Assembly: GCA_964361705.1 (NCBI GenBank)
Contig: CAYIBP010000003.1
Span: 5,606 to 69,605 of the forward strand
Source: an uncultured Candidatus Saccharibacteria bacterium
GTDB lineage: Bacteria; Patescibacteriota; Minisyncoccia; Phycocordibacterales; UBA9973
Direction: 5' to 3'
DNA length: 64,000 nucleotides
Position numbers and translations under genes: made by a program. Below, piece after piece: positions 21,082-30,224 of the stretch (its first letter is position 1; each line of letters starts with the position of its first letter). The notes beneath the pieces were generated by a model. The model ran no database searches. It was not told the DNA's origin and saw only the letters and a program-made list of their open reading frames with translations.

Positions 21082-21088
21082 AAATAGA

Positions 21089-23056
21089 ATGAAAGAAAAA
21101 CATACAAAAAAGCCGATGAAGGTGTCGGGCATTATATCTGTTTCTTCAAAGGGTACTGGGTATGTCTCGGTAGAGGGTAAAGACAAAGACATAGAGATAG
21201 ATTTCGCTCGTTTGAATACTGCTCTCCATGGAGATACGGTAGAGATATGTATCCATTCTAAGGGCAAAGACAATACTAGGGGCGAAGTGATAAAAGTAAT
21301 TTCTCGCGCAAAGACAGGATTCTCTGGTGTTCTGCAAAGAGAAAAAGGCGTGTATTTTCTGAAACCTGATGACACAAAGATGTATGCCGACATATCAATA
21401 CCAGAAATGTTTTTAAATAAAGCAAAAGCTGGAGAAAAAGTGTATGCAGAAATAATGTCTTGGCAAGATTCTTCCAGATTACCCGAAGGCAAAGTATTAA
21501 AAATACTCGGCAAGCCGGGCAACAACGATACCGAAATGCACGCTATCGCCATAGAAAAAGGTTTCGATAACGATATGCCAGAGAGAGTCAAAGAAGAAGC
21601 AAAGAAAATAAAAACTCTCGGAATGCAAACAAAAGATTACGCAGACAGAAAAGACTTCAGAAAGATTCTGACATTTACTATCGATCCCGAAGATGCAAAA
21701 GATTTTGATGATGCGATATCCATTAGAGAGATAAAAGTAGGCGACCCTGCTCTACCCGAAGGAGGCTATGAGATAGGGGTACACATAGCAGATGTAACAC
21801 ATTTCGTACGAGAAGGTGGCACGATGGATGAAGAAGCCAAATCACGAGGTACTTCTGTGTATTTAGTGGACAGAACAATACCGATGTTACCAGAAGAGAT
21901 CTCCAACGATCTGTGTTCCCTGCTACCACACAAAGACAGGTTTGCAATGAGCGCAGTTTTTATGATGAACAAAAACGCAGAAGTAAAAGGAGAATGGTTC
22001 GGCCGCACGGTAATACATTCGCAAAAGAGATTTACATATGAGGAGGCGGAAAAATCTATAAATGATCAAAACGCACATCTGCACAGGGAACTACATATAC
22101 TAAACACTCTTGCAAAGAAATTAACCGAGGAGAGATTTAGATTAGGCGCGATGTCCCTAGAACAAGAAGAAGTGAAATTCGTACTAGATAAAAACGGTAA
22201 ACCTTTAAAGGTTATAAAAAAAATACGAGGAGATTCTAATAAACTCATCGAGGAATTTATGTTGCTCGCCAACAAAAAAGTCGCGGAATTATTTTCTGCC
22301 AAGGTAGATAAAACAGAAAAAGACAATGGGGTATTTATATACCGAATACACGATAGACCAGAGAAAGAAAAGGTTATTAATCTAGCTTTCTTTTTACGCA
22401 GTCTCGGACATAAAATCTCAATAATAAATGATCAAATTCCAAAGCAAGAGATAAACAAAATTTTACAAAAAATATCCGGGCAAAACGGAGAAGATACGAT
22501 TCGAAAGATGATCATAAGGTCTATGGCAAAAGCAATATATTCCACAAAAAATATTGGGCATTATGGTCTGGCATTTGATTATTACGCTCACTTTACTTCA
22601 CCTATCAGACGATATCCGGATATGGTAGCGCACAGACTCCTTGCTGATTTTCTGAAAACAGAAAGCAAACATCAGAAAGCAAACAAAGAAAAAGTAGCAG
22701 AGTTTCAGAAAATAGCAATGCGATCTTCTGAGCGCGAGAAATACGCTGCCGACGCAGAAAGAGCCTCGGTAAAATACAAACAAGTGGAATATATGTCTCT
22801 TAGAATTGGCAAAACTTTCTCCGGTACGATCAGCGGTGTCACCGAATGGGGAATGTTTGTAGAAGAACACGAAACTAAATGCGAAGGTTTGGTGCGTCTG
22901 CGCGAGATGAAAGATGATTTTTATATTTTCAATGAAAAAAAGATGGAGCTGGTAGGAGAAAAACACAAAAAGAAATACAGTCTGGGAGACAAAGTAAAAA
23001 TAAAAGTGAAAGACGCAAACCTAGAAAGAAAAACAATAGACTACGAACTCGTATGA
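21089..23056 (+). CDS. rnr: Ribonuclease R (RNB-family 3'-5' exoribonuclease with a C-terminal S1 domain)
   Basis: 655 aa with an RNB catalytic region (DPEDAKDFDDAIS, HIADVTHFV) and a C-terminal S1-like segment. Confidence 0.9.
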   Translation: MKEKHTKKPMKVSGIISVSSKGTGYVSVEGKDKDIEIDFARLNTALHGDTVEICIHSKGKDNTRGEVIKVISRAKTGFSGVLQREKGVYFLKPDDTKMYADISIPEMFLNKAKAGEKVYAEIMSWQDSSRLPEGKVLKILGKPGNNDTEMHAIAIEKGFDNDMPERVKEEAKKIKTLGMQTKDYADRKDFRKILTFTIDPEDAKDFDDAISIREIKVGDPALPEGGYEIGVHIADVTHFVREGGTMDEEAKSRGTSVYLVDRTIPMLPEEISNDLCSLLPHKDRFAMSAVFMMNKNAEVKGEWFGRTVIHSQKRFTYEEAEKSINDQNAHLHRELHILNTLAKKLTEERFRLGAMSLEQEEVKFVLDKNGKPLKVIKKIRGDSNKLIEEFMLLANKKVAELFSAKVDKTEKDNGVFIYRIHDRPEKEKVINLAFFLRSLGHKISIINDQIPKQEINKILQKISGQNGEDTIRKMIIRSMAKAIYSTKNIGHYGLAFDYYAHFTSPIRRYPDMVAHRLLADFLKTESKHQKANKEKVAEFQKIAMRSSEREKYAADAERASVKYKQVEYMSLRIGKTFSGTISGVTEWGMFVEEHETKCEGLVRLREMKDDFYIFNEKKMELVGEKHKKKYSLGDKVKIKVKDANLERKTIDYELV

Positions 23057-24924
23057 GGCATAATTTTAAACAAAAATTAAAAGTTGTTTTTTGGTTTATT
23101 ATCGCTATATTTCTCGGCATATCTGTCACCTCCTTTGCTTTTGAAAAACTATCTAAAGAAAAAGAATACCAATACAAAGAAACACAAGCTACAGCACTAG
23201 AGTCCATAGAGAAAGATACAACTCCAAAATATTTTTATGTTACAAAAGATGCGAGCTCAAAACCAAAAGTCGGAGCGAAAGCTTATCTTGTGGGAGATTT
23301 GGATACAGGTGAAATCATTCTTGAAGAAAATAAAGACGCAGAATTCCCCATAGCTTCAGTTTCAAAGCTCATGACAGCAACCCTTGCCAAAGAACTCATG
23401 TCTCCAGAGGATTTGGCAATCGTATCTAAAAAAGCCCTAAGCACACAAGGTACAAATGGAGATTTAAAAATTGGAGAAAAAATAAAAATAGAAGACCTTG
23501 TATATCCTCTACTTCTAGAATCCAGTAATGATGCCGCAGAGGTAATAGCTGAATATTTTGAAAGAGAATATTTTTTGAAAAAGATGAATCAATTGGCAGA
23601 GAAATTAAATCTTACCAAGACGGCATTTGACGATCCGAGCGGGCTTTCTGCAAAAAACAGATCCACAGTGTACGAGATATTTAAACTTACAGGATATATA
23701 AAAGAAAAAAATCCGGAAATACTTGATCTGACAAAAAACAAAAGTTTCAAAAACAAAAATCATCACTGGTTTAGCAACAATCAATTTTTAAGCGAAGATG
23801 GATACAATGGAGGAAAAAGCGGATACACAGACCCGGCAATGCAGACAGTAGTTTCCACTTTTGCGCTTCCTCTTTCGGAAACAGGAACACGCAATATAGC
23901 TATCACGTTACTTCAAAGCAAAGACCGTTTTAAAGATGTACAAAAAATATTAGAATATTTAAATCAAAATACATATTATGGAGGCAAAGCTGACGCAGAG
24001 AGCGCTTGGGTCAAACTACGCACAGATGTAGCTCCAGTTTACGAGAGGGATTTCGTATCGCTCACCTTCGGAGGAGACATGATGCTTGACCGCGGAGTAG
24101 AAACTTCCGTAAACAAAAATTTCGACGGAAATTTTTCCGCATTGTTTGAAAATTTGGGTATTTTGAAAAAAACAGACATATCATTTGCAAACTTGGAAGG
24201 CCCTGCATCAGACATAGGCAAAGACAGACAAAACTTATATTCGTTTAGAATGCACCCTTCCACTATACCCGCTTTGAAAGGCGCAGGGATCTCGGTGGTG
24301 TCAGTAGCGAACAACCATGTAGGAGATTGGGGACGAGATGCATATCTGGACACATTAGAAAGATTAAAAGAAAATGAAATATTTTACACTGGAGGCGGTG
24401 TGAACAGAATCGAAGCAGAACAACCAATCATAATAGAAAAATACGGGATCAAGATAGGATTTCTTGCCTTTTCAGATGTTGGACCAGATTGGATGCAAGC
24501 CGACGAAGACAAAGCAGGCCTCTTGATAGCACGCGATCCTCGTTTTGAAGAAATAATAACTAACGCCTCAAAACAAGTAGACCACCTAGTCGTCTCATTT
24601 CACTTTGGAGACGAATACAAGACAATACACAATGCTCGCCAAGAAGACCTGGCGCATAAAGCCATAGACTCCGGAGCAAAGATAGTGATAGGACATCACC
24701 CGCATGTAATACAAGACACAGAAATTTATAAAAATGGATTTATAGCCTATTCGCTGGGCAATTTTATATTTGACCAAAGCTGGTCCAAAGACACTATGAG
24801 AGGCATGCTCTTAGAAATAAAACTAGGAAGAGATGGAAATATGACTATAAAGAAAAACATCTCAAACTTGAGCAACTTTTTCCAACCAGAAAAAACGATT
24901 GCAGGTAAAGAGGAAAAATTATAA
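23053..24924 (+). CDS. Fusion of a D-alanyl-D-alanine carboxypeptidase (S11/PBP5-like) and a CapA/PgsA-type metallophosphoesterase
   Basis: The N-terminal half has SVSKLMT (SxxK), ESSND (SxN) and GKSGYT (KTG-like). The C-terminal half has FANLEGP, SVANNHVGDWG and GHHPHV CapA motifs. ATGA overlap with rnr. Confidence 0.8.
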   Translation: MRHNFKQKLKVVFWFIIAIFLGISVTSFAFEKLSKEKEYQYKETQATALESIEKDTTPKYFYVTKDASSKPKVGAKAYLVGDLDTGEIILEENKDAEFPIASVSKLMTATLAKELMSPEDLAIVSKKALSTQGTNGDLKIGEKIKIEDLVYPLLLESSNDAAEVIAEYFEREYFLKKMNQLAEKLNLTKTAFDDPSGLSAKNRSTVYEIFKLTGYIKEKNPEILDLTKNKSFKNKNHHWFSNNQFLSEDGYNGGKSGYTDPAMQTVVSTFALPLSETGTRNIAITLLQSKDRFKDVQKILEYLNQNTYYGGKADAESAWVKLRTDVAPVYERDFVSLTFGGDMMLDRGVETSVNKNFDGNFSALFENLGILKKTDISFANLEGPASDIGKDRQNLYSFRMHPSTIPALKGAGISVVSVANNHVGDWGRDAYLDTLERLKENEIFYTGGGVNRIEAEQPIIIEKYGIKIGFLAFSDVGPDWMQADEDKAGLLIARDPRFEEIITNASKQVDHLVVSFHFGDEYKTIHNARQEDLAHKAIDSGAKIVIGHHPHVIQDTEIYKNGFIAYSLGNFIFDQSWSKDTMRGMLLEIKLGRDGNMTIKKNISNLSNFFQPEKTIAGKEEKL

Positions 24925-24940
24925 ACTTTAAATAAAAAAC

Positions 24941-25708
24941 ATGAGCTTAGATAAAACAATCTCACAGGTGATGGATGTCCTACCAAAAAAATCCTCAGTT
25001 AAAAAAATAGGTAAAAGATTTATCCATAATCAAGAAGACAAACTGTATGTTGTAATACCATACTGGAAAGCTTCCCTATCGCAAGCACCAATGCGCGTAT
25101 TATCTGAAAGGATAGTAAAAGCAGGATATTCTTGCTTATCATACGAGTTTCCGACAAATATTCTTTCTCAAGATATATATAAAACTCGCGAAGCTTTTTT
25201 AAAAATCAAAAAAGATATAAGGAAAGAAATAAAAAGAATAAAAAAGTTTTACACTTTCAAAGAAATCACCATCATTGGTATTAGTCTTGGTTGTGTAAAC
25301 GCTACAATGATAGCCGATAACAATAAAGATATAGACAATATTTGTCTAGTAGTACCGGGTGATTCTCTGGCTTTTTGTCTCTGGAATGGCGTAGCAACGG
25401 TGGATATAAAAGAAAAGATTGAAAAACAAAATATCAGTTTAAAGACTCTTGAAAGGGTTTGGAAGAAACTCGCGCCAAAAAATAATTTATCTTATCAAAA
25501 AAATAAACACATAGAAATATACATATCGAGGACTGATGATGTCATACCTTATGAGAGTGGCAAACGTCTGGTAGAAGAAATGAAGAAAAAAGGTTTAAAT
25601 CCAGAAATATTCACAAACAACAAACTCGGACACTACCTGACACCGGTAAAGTTTATCCTATCTAAAAACTTTAATCAAAAGAAAATAAAAAAAGCTGAAA
25701 TAATTTAG
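24941..25708 (+). CDS. Alpha/beta-hydrolase-like protein (putative esterase)
   Basis: 255 aa; GxSxG nucleophile elbow IIGISLGCV. Confidence 0.5.
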   Translation: MSLDKTISQVMDVLPKKSSVKKIGKRFIHNQEDKLYVVIPYWKASLSQAPMRVLSERIVKAGYSCLSYEFPTNILSQDIYKTREAFLKIKKDIRKEIKRIKKFYTFKEITIIGISLGCVNATMIADNNKDIDNICLVVPGDSLAFCLWNGVATVDIKEKIEKQNISLKTLERVWKKLAPKNNLSYQKNKHIEIYISRTDDVIPYESGKRLVEEMKKKGLNPEIFTNNKLGHYLTPVKFILSKNFNQKKIKKAEII

Positions 25709-25752
25709 CGTAGTGTTGAGCATTGGGTGTTTGACACTGTGACACGAAAAGA

Positions 25753-28008
25753 TTATTTCGCGATAGCTTGTGCTTCGTTGAGTTTGACGGAGAGGAGTTT
25801 TGACGCGCCATCGGCGCCTATGGTCACACCGTAGAGTATACCTGCGCGAGACATAGTCTCTCTGTTGTGGGTTACCACTACGAGTTGTGAATGTTTTGAA
25901 AGTTTTTCAAGCATATCTCCGTACTTTCTGGAATTTGCTTCATCTAGAGCAGCATCAGTTTCGTCCAATACTAAAAAGGGTGGAGGATTTACTTGCGACA
26001 TTGCAAAAAGTAATGCTATAGAAGTGAGAGATCTTTCTCCTCCAGAGAGAGCATTTAATTCTTTGACTTTTTTCTGAGGTAAAGATACATCAATATCTAG
26101 GCCCTGTTCAAAAACTATTTCCTCCTCATCTTTTTCTGTTTCTTCATCTTCCTCCGGATTATTCTTCCTTGATTTTTTATTTTCAACCAAAAGAGACAAG
26201 TGCGCGGACCCGCCACCAAACATCAGATTGAAGAAATTATTGAATTCTACATTTATCTTTTTTACACCTTCTTTGAATTCTGTATCTATTTTTTCTTTAA
26301 GCTCCGCCATCAGCGTGCGGATAGATTCTATACTTTTTGCCAAATCTTCTATCTCCTTTGCTAAAAACGCATCTCTGCTTGTAACTTCTTCATATTCTTT
26401 TACAACTTCCAAACCCCTATCTAGCCCAGTGTCTTCAAGCCTTATTTTTATCTTTTCTATCTTTCTCTTCAATTCTTCATGTTCCATCTTATTTGATGTA
26501 TAAGAAACATTAAAATCTCTGTAAAGCAGAATATCTCCACCTATCAACACTGAACCTTCTTTTATCTCGTTATCAAAAGATTCAATTTGTCTGCGCAGGT
26601 TGTCTTCTTTGATTCGCACCATATCGAGCGATGACATGAGTTCTTGTTTTTTCATTCTTATATTGAATCTTTCTTTTTCTTTCAAGTGCAAAGATTCGCT
26701 TTCTCTGCGAGCTTCTTCTTTGAGCATCAATATCTTTTCAAAGATGTCTTTTTCTTCTTTTCTTATATTATCTAATTCCACTTCTATTTGTTTTTTTGTA
26801 TTTTTGAAATTTTCAAGCTCGTCTAAATTCTGATCTTCTCTATCACTCACAGAAATCTCAATTTTAAATTTCTTCAAAATCTCGTTCACAGAAGACAAAT
26901 AAGACTTTATTTCAGACAAGTCATCTTTTAATATCGCGTCATCTATAATGCTTTCGATTTCTTGCAAGAAAACAGACACTCTTTTTACTGGCACTGCGGT
27001 ATCTCTGTATTCTATGGACCTGTGTCGTGAGCTTACTTCTATCATAGCCTCTATGCGGCCAAGCTTTCTTTCAATCTCACTTTTAGCGCCACTCATTTCA
27101 AAACGCTTTTTCTCGAGAATTTTAATTTCTTTTTCTTTTTCACTTTCTTCTTTTTCTCTACCATCGCGTGATTCCATTTCTTTGAGTTCTTTTTCTGTAT
27201 TTTCAAGTTCCCAAGAAATCCTTTTTTTGTCAGAGCTGACGATAGTTTTTTCATTTTCAATATAAATACTTTCTTTTTTCAAATATTCCTGATAAAGCAA
27301 AGAAAGTTCAAAACGCATTTCTTTTGCTTTCTCGAGCCTTTCCATCTGCTTTTTCAAGAAATTAAGGTGCGGCGCATTTTCCCTGCGAAGCATGGTAACT
27401 TCTTTTATATTTATTTCCGTTCTTTCCAATTTTTTCGCGGATTCTTTTATCCTATACTGATATATTTTCAAACCCAAAGCTTCTTCTACCATTTCGCGTC
27501 TATCTTTTGGGTTTGCATTCAATATTCTGTCCGCTTCACCCTGTGAAATTATATGATGCTGTGAAGCGCCGATATTCACCGAGGACAGGAGGTTGTGAAT
27601 ATCTTTCAGCCTTGTCTCACTACCATTCAATATGTATTTATTTAATCCATCCGCGTAAACCTCACGAGAGATGGAAACAACATCGTAATTGAGATTTATA
27701 TTTTCACCTGCTTCATTTGAAAGTTTAAAAACATGGTCGGAATTGTCAAAATAAATGGCCACGCTAGCGCGTGTACCCTTAGACAAATTTTTAGAACCCT
27801 TGAATATCATATCCTCTCCTTTTGATCCACGCATAGATTTCATGGATTGTTCTCCAAGTACAAAACGAATAGCCTCAACCACATTTGATTTACCGGAACC
27901 ATTAGGACCTACAATGGAAACTATTGGATTTTGAAATTCTAAAACAGTTTTTTTAGAAAAAGATTTAAAACCATTTATTTCAAGACTCTTTAGGCGCGTC
28001 GAAAGCAT
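25753..28008 (-). CDS. smc: SMC-family ATPase, short hinge-poor form (mini-SMC)
   Basis: N-terminus FKSFSKKTVLEFQNPIVSIVGPNGSGKSNVVEAIRFVLGEQS (SMC Walker A). C-terminus LSGGERSLTSIALLFAM...FLVLDETDAALD (signature and Walker B). Only 751 aa; rnc-smc synteny. Confidence 0.8.
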   Translation of the reverse strand: MLSTRLKSLEINGFKSFSKKTVLEFQNPIVSIVGPNGSGKSNVVEAIRFVLGEQSMKSMRGSKGEDMIFKGSKNLSKGTRASVAIYFDNSDHVFKLSNEAGENINLNYDVVSISREVYADGLNKYILNGSETRLKDIHNLLSSVNIGASQHHIISQGEADRILNANPKDRREMVEEALGLKIYQYRIKESAKKLERTEINIKEVTMLRRENAPHLNFLKKQMERLEKAKEMRFELSLLYQEYLKKESIYIENEKTIVSSDKKRISWELENTEKELKEMESRDGREKEESEKEKEIKILEKKRFEMSGAKSEIERKLGRIEAMIEVSSRHRSIEYRDTAVPVKRVSVFLQEIESIIDDAILKDDLSEIKSYLSSVNEILKKFKIEISVSDREDQNLDELENFKNTKKQIEVELDNIRKEEKDIFEKILMLKEEARRESESLHLKEKERFNIRMKKQELMSSLDMVRIKEDNLRRQIESFDNEIKEGSVLIGGDILLYRDFNVSYTSNKMEHEELKRKIEKIKIRLEDTGLDRGLEVVKEYEEVTSRDAFLAKEIEDLAKSIESIRTLMAELKEKIDTEFKEGVKKINVEFNNFFNLMFGGGSAHLSLLVENKKSRKNNPEEDEETEKDEEEIVFEQGLDIDVSLPQKKVKELNALSGGERSLTSIALLFAMSQVNPPPFLVLDETDAALDEANSRKYGDMLEKLSKHSQLVVVTHNRETMSRAGILYGVTIGADGASKLLSVKLNEAQAIAK

Positions 28009-28017
28009 GCTCGTTTT

Positions 28018-28713
28018 TTAATCAGACCAATTTTTTATTCTTAATGCGGATTCGGCGGCTTTTTGTTCCGCTTCTTGTTTTGATTTACCTTTGCCTTCTG
28101 CCACTAATTCAGAACTGAAAAATACCCCAACAGTAAAGTGTTTGTCGTGATCAGGGCCTGACTCGCTTAGAATCTTGTAAGCAGGGGTTACTCCTATGTG
28201 CTCTTGCGCCTTTTCTTGGATCAGACTTTTTGAATCACGCCAGAGTTTTTTCTTTACTATTTCATCAGTGTATGGCAAGAGAGTATTTGTAACGAATTTA
28301 TTTGCCACATCATAACCCTGATCAAGATACACCGCCCCTAAATAAGCCTCGTATGTATTCGCCAATATATATTGCCTAGCTTTACCGGTATCTTTGGCTT
28401 CGCCTTTAGATAGAAGTAGATAATCGTTCATGCCAATTTTTAAAGCAACTTCGGAAATAGTAATAGCATTTACAAGAGCCGACCTGATAGCGGTAAGTTC
28501 ACCTTCGGTGTAACCTTTATATTTTTTATAAAGAAAGTCAGTCACGATGAGCTCGAGCACAGCATCTCCTAGAAATTCAAGCCGTTCGTTATGTAAAAGA
28601 TTTGAGCCTGGATTTTCGTTTATATAAGAACGGTGAACAAATGCCTGTTTGAGCAGAATTTTATCCTTAAAAGTTATTTTAGTGGTTTTTTCAAAATCTG
28701 AGAATTGGATCAT
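28018..28713 (-). CDS. rnc: Ribonuclease III
   Basis: ERLEFLGDAVL signature; C-terminal dsRBD; 231 aa. Confidence 0.9.
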   Translation of the reverse strand: MIQFSDFEKTTKITFKDKILLKQAFVHRSYINENPGSNLLHNERLEFLGDAVLELIVTDFLYKKYKGYTEGELTAIRSALVNAITISEVALKIGMNDYLLLSKGEAKDTGKARQYILANTYEAYLGAVYLDQGYDVANKFVTNTLLPYTDEIVKKKLWRDSKSLIQEKAQEHIGVTPAYKILSESGPDHDKHFTVGVFFSSELVAEGKGKSKQEAEQKAAESALRIKNWSD

Positions 28714-28720
28714 GGGGGTT

Positions 28721-28726
28721 TTTATA
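28721..28726 (-). promoter_or_regulatory. -10 box TATAAA 7 nt upstream of the rnc ATG
   Basis: Minus strand reads TATAAA-AACCCCC-ATG. Confidence 0.35.
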
Positions 28727-28735
28727 TTAATAAAT

Positions 28736-29662
28736 TTAACTTATTTTCTTGCTTATAATATCTATCGCCTTGGTAATAAGCGGAATAATGTCATTGTAAA
28801 TGCGAAGCTGTGGGATTTCAGAAAGCTGAAACCATCTCGCATCATCAAGACCACCAGACTTTTCTAACACAAGTTCTTTGTACTCGCTCTCTGCTAAAAA
28901 ATAAACCACTTTTTTCAAAGTCTTGCCATTTTCCGGATGAGTTGCAACATATTCATTCACGCCTATTTTTTCTTTGATTTCTACATCAAGACCTATTTCT
29001 TCTTTTATTTCCCTTTTTGTGCCTGTCTCTATTTCTTCTCCTGACTCTACTTTACCTTTTGATAAAGTCCAATACCCAAAAACATCGTGTACAAAAGCAA
29101 ATAAAACATCACTGTCCTTCTTTGCATAAACTAATGCTCCACCCAGATTCTCAACGGGAAGTTTGCTGATATCTACAGACTCTTCTTTCTTTTTCGTTTT
29201 GCTTATCTGTTCTTTGCCCGGCTCGCCTATCTCTTTGTACACAGCACCCAACACGCCATTGATAAACTTGCTTGAATTTTCTCCACCGAAAGTTTTTGCA
29301 AGCTCTATGGCTTCGTTTATAGCAACTTTCGGAGGCACTTCATTTCTATCGCCGAAAAGGAGTTCGGTGAGACCAATCCTTAATATATTTCTATCAACAA
29401 CCGAGATTTTCTCAAGAGGCCAGTCTGGAGCTGCCTTTTTGATTATCTCATCAATAATGCTAGTTTTTTTTAATACAAGTTCAGCGAGAATAAAAACAAA
29501 CGGATCATCTTCAAAACTGGGAGTGAATTCTTTCAGGTTTCTTTTTAGAGCATTTTTCACTTTCTCTTCATCCCAAGAAACACCACCTTCATGAGTAGAC
29601 ATAAAATCCCATTCAAAGAGGGTTTGGAGAACTATTGATCTTGAAAGGTGCCTGTTTGCCAT
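28736..29662 (-). CDS. nusB: NusB antitermination factor fused to a C-terminal Nudix hydrolase domain
   Basis: The N-terminal 140 aa are NusB-like (RSIVLQTLFEWDF...VDRNILRIGLTELLF...INEAIELAKTFG). The C-terminus carries a Nudix box GYWTLSKGKVESGEEIETGTKREIKEEIG. Confidence 0.8.
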   Translation of the reverse strand: MANRHLSRSIVLQTLFEWDFMSTHEGGVSWDEEKVKNALKRNLKEFTPSFEDDPFVFILAELVLKKTSIIDEIIKKAAPDWPLEKISVVDRNILRIGLTELLFGDRNEVPPKVAINEAIELAKTFGGENSSKFINGVLGAVYKEIGEPGKEQISKTKKKEESVDISKLPVENLGGALVYAKKDSDVLFAFVHDVFGYWTLSKGKVESGEEIETGTKREIKEEIGLDVEIKEKIGVNEYVATHPENGKTLKKVVYFLAESEYKELVLEKSGGLDDARWFQLSEIPQLRIYNDIIPLITKAIDIISKKIS

Positions 29663-29723
29663 AGCAAAGATTAATGAACAAAAGCGGACAAAAAACCAAA
29701 ACTCGTGCGCAGAACAAGAAGTA

Positions 29724-29951
29724 TTATTTTTCTTCTGCTTTCTTCGCTTTTTCTTTCTTTTGCTTCTTTTCTATCTTTTTGATTAAATCCAATACTTTCT
29801 TGCCGTTGTAATATCCACAAGACAAGCAGACTGTGTGGCCTTTCTTTGGAAGTTTACAGTTTTCACACTTCACAAAAACGGTCTTCTCCAGTGCGTGGTG
29901 AGATCGTCTGTTTTTCGTATGCGATTTTGTATGCCTCATTCGTACTACCAT
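29724..29951 (-). CDS. rpmF: 50S ribosomal protein L32
   Basis: MVVRMRHTKSHTKNRRSHHAL N-terminus; CxxC...CxxC zinc ribbon; Lys-rich tail. Confidence 0.85.
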   Translation of the reverse strand: MVVRMRHTKSHTKNRRSHHALEKTVFVKCENCKLPKKGHTVCLSCGYYNGKKVLDLIKKIEKKQKKEKAKKAEEK

Positions 29952-29958
29952 AATACCG

Positions 29959-29964
29959 ATTATA
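29959..29964 (-). promoter_or_regulatory. -10 box TATAAT 7 nt upstream of the rpmF ATG
   Basis: Minus strand reads TAGTATAAT-CGGTATT-ATG. Confidence 0.45.
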
Positions 29965-30007
29965 CTAGCATATAAAAGATAAAAAGCAAAATTTTAACTC
30001 TGCCTTG

Positions 30008-30035
30008 TTGACAATAAATATATCCGCGCTATCAT
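30008..30035 (+). promoter_or_regulatory. Sigma-70-type promoter of the thrS leader (TTGACA-16-TATCAT)
   Basis: TTGACA at 30008-30013, a 16-nt spacer, TATCAT at 30030-30035. Confidence 0.5.
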
Positions 30036-30041
30036 ACTCTT

Positions 30042-30224
30042 ATATAGAGATTGTCACGGCTACCAACCGTAATCCGATTAAAACGGACTCTTAAGAGAGC
30101 TAATCTATGAAAGAGCGCTCGGGAAAATTCTCGAGAAACTAGGTGGAACCACGAGGACTTTAACTTCCCCGCCCTAGTAAGGATGTAGAACTTTTGCATC
30201 TTTACTAGGGCGGGGATTTTTTGT
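30042..30224 (+). ncRNA. T-box riboswitch leader (Thr-specific candidate) ending in an intrinsic terminator
   Basis: The T-box-like sequence AACTAGGTGGAACCACGAG (30137-30156) matches AGGGUGGNACCGCG at 11 of 13 positions. The UGGA bulge could pair with the tRNA NCCA end. ACC Thr codons followed by a purine lie in the upstream stem region (GGCTACCAACCG). A 14-bp GC-rich terminator CCCCGCCCTAGTAA...TTACTAGGGCGGGG plus a T-run sits at 30167-30224. About 230 nt separate the promoter from the thrS ATG. Confidence 0.55.

Noticed and set aside
21007-21591. 194-aa minus-strand ORF overlapping the rnr start
   Set aside because: It overlaps the 5' end of RNase R and its promoter on the opposite strand, and its translation is Ser/Leu-rich with no motif, so it is spurious.
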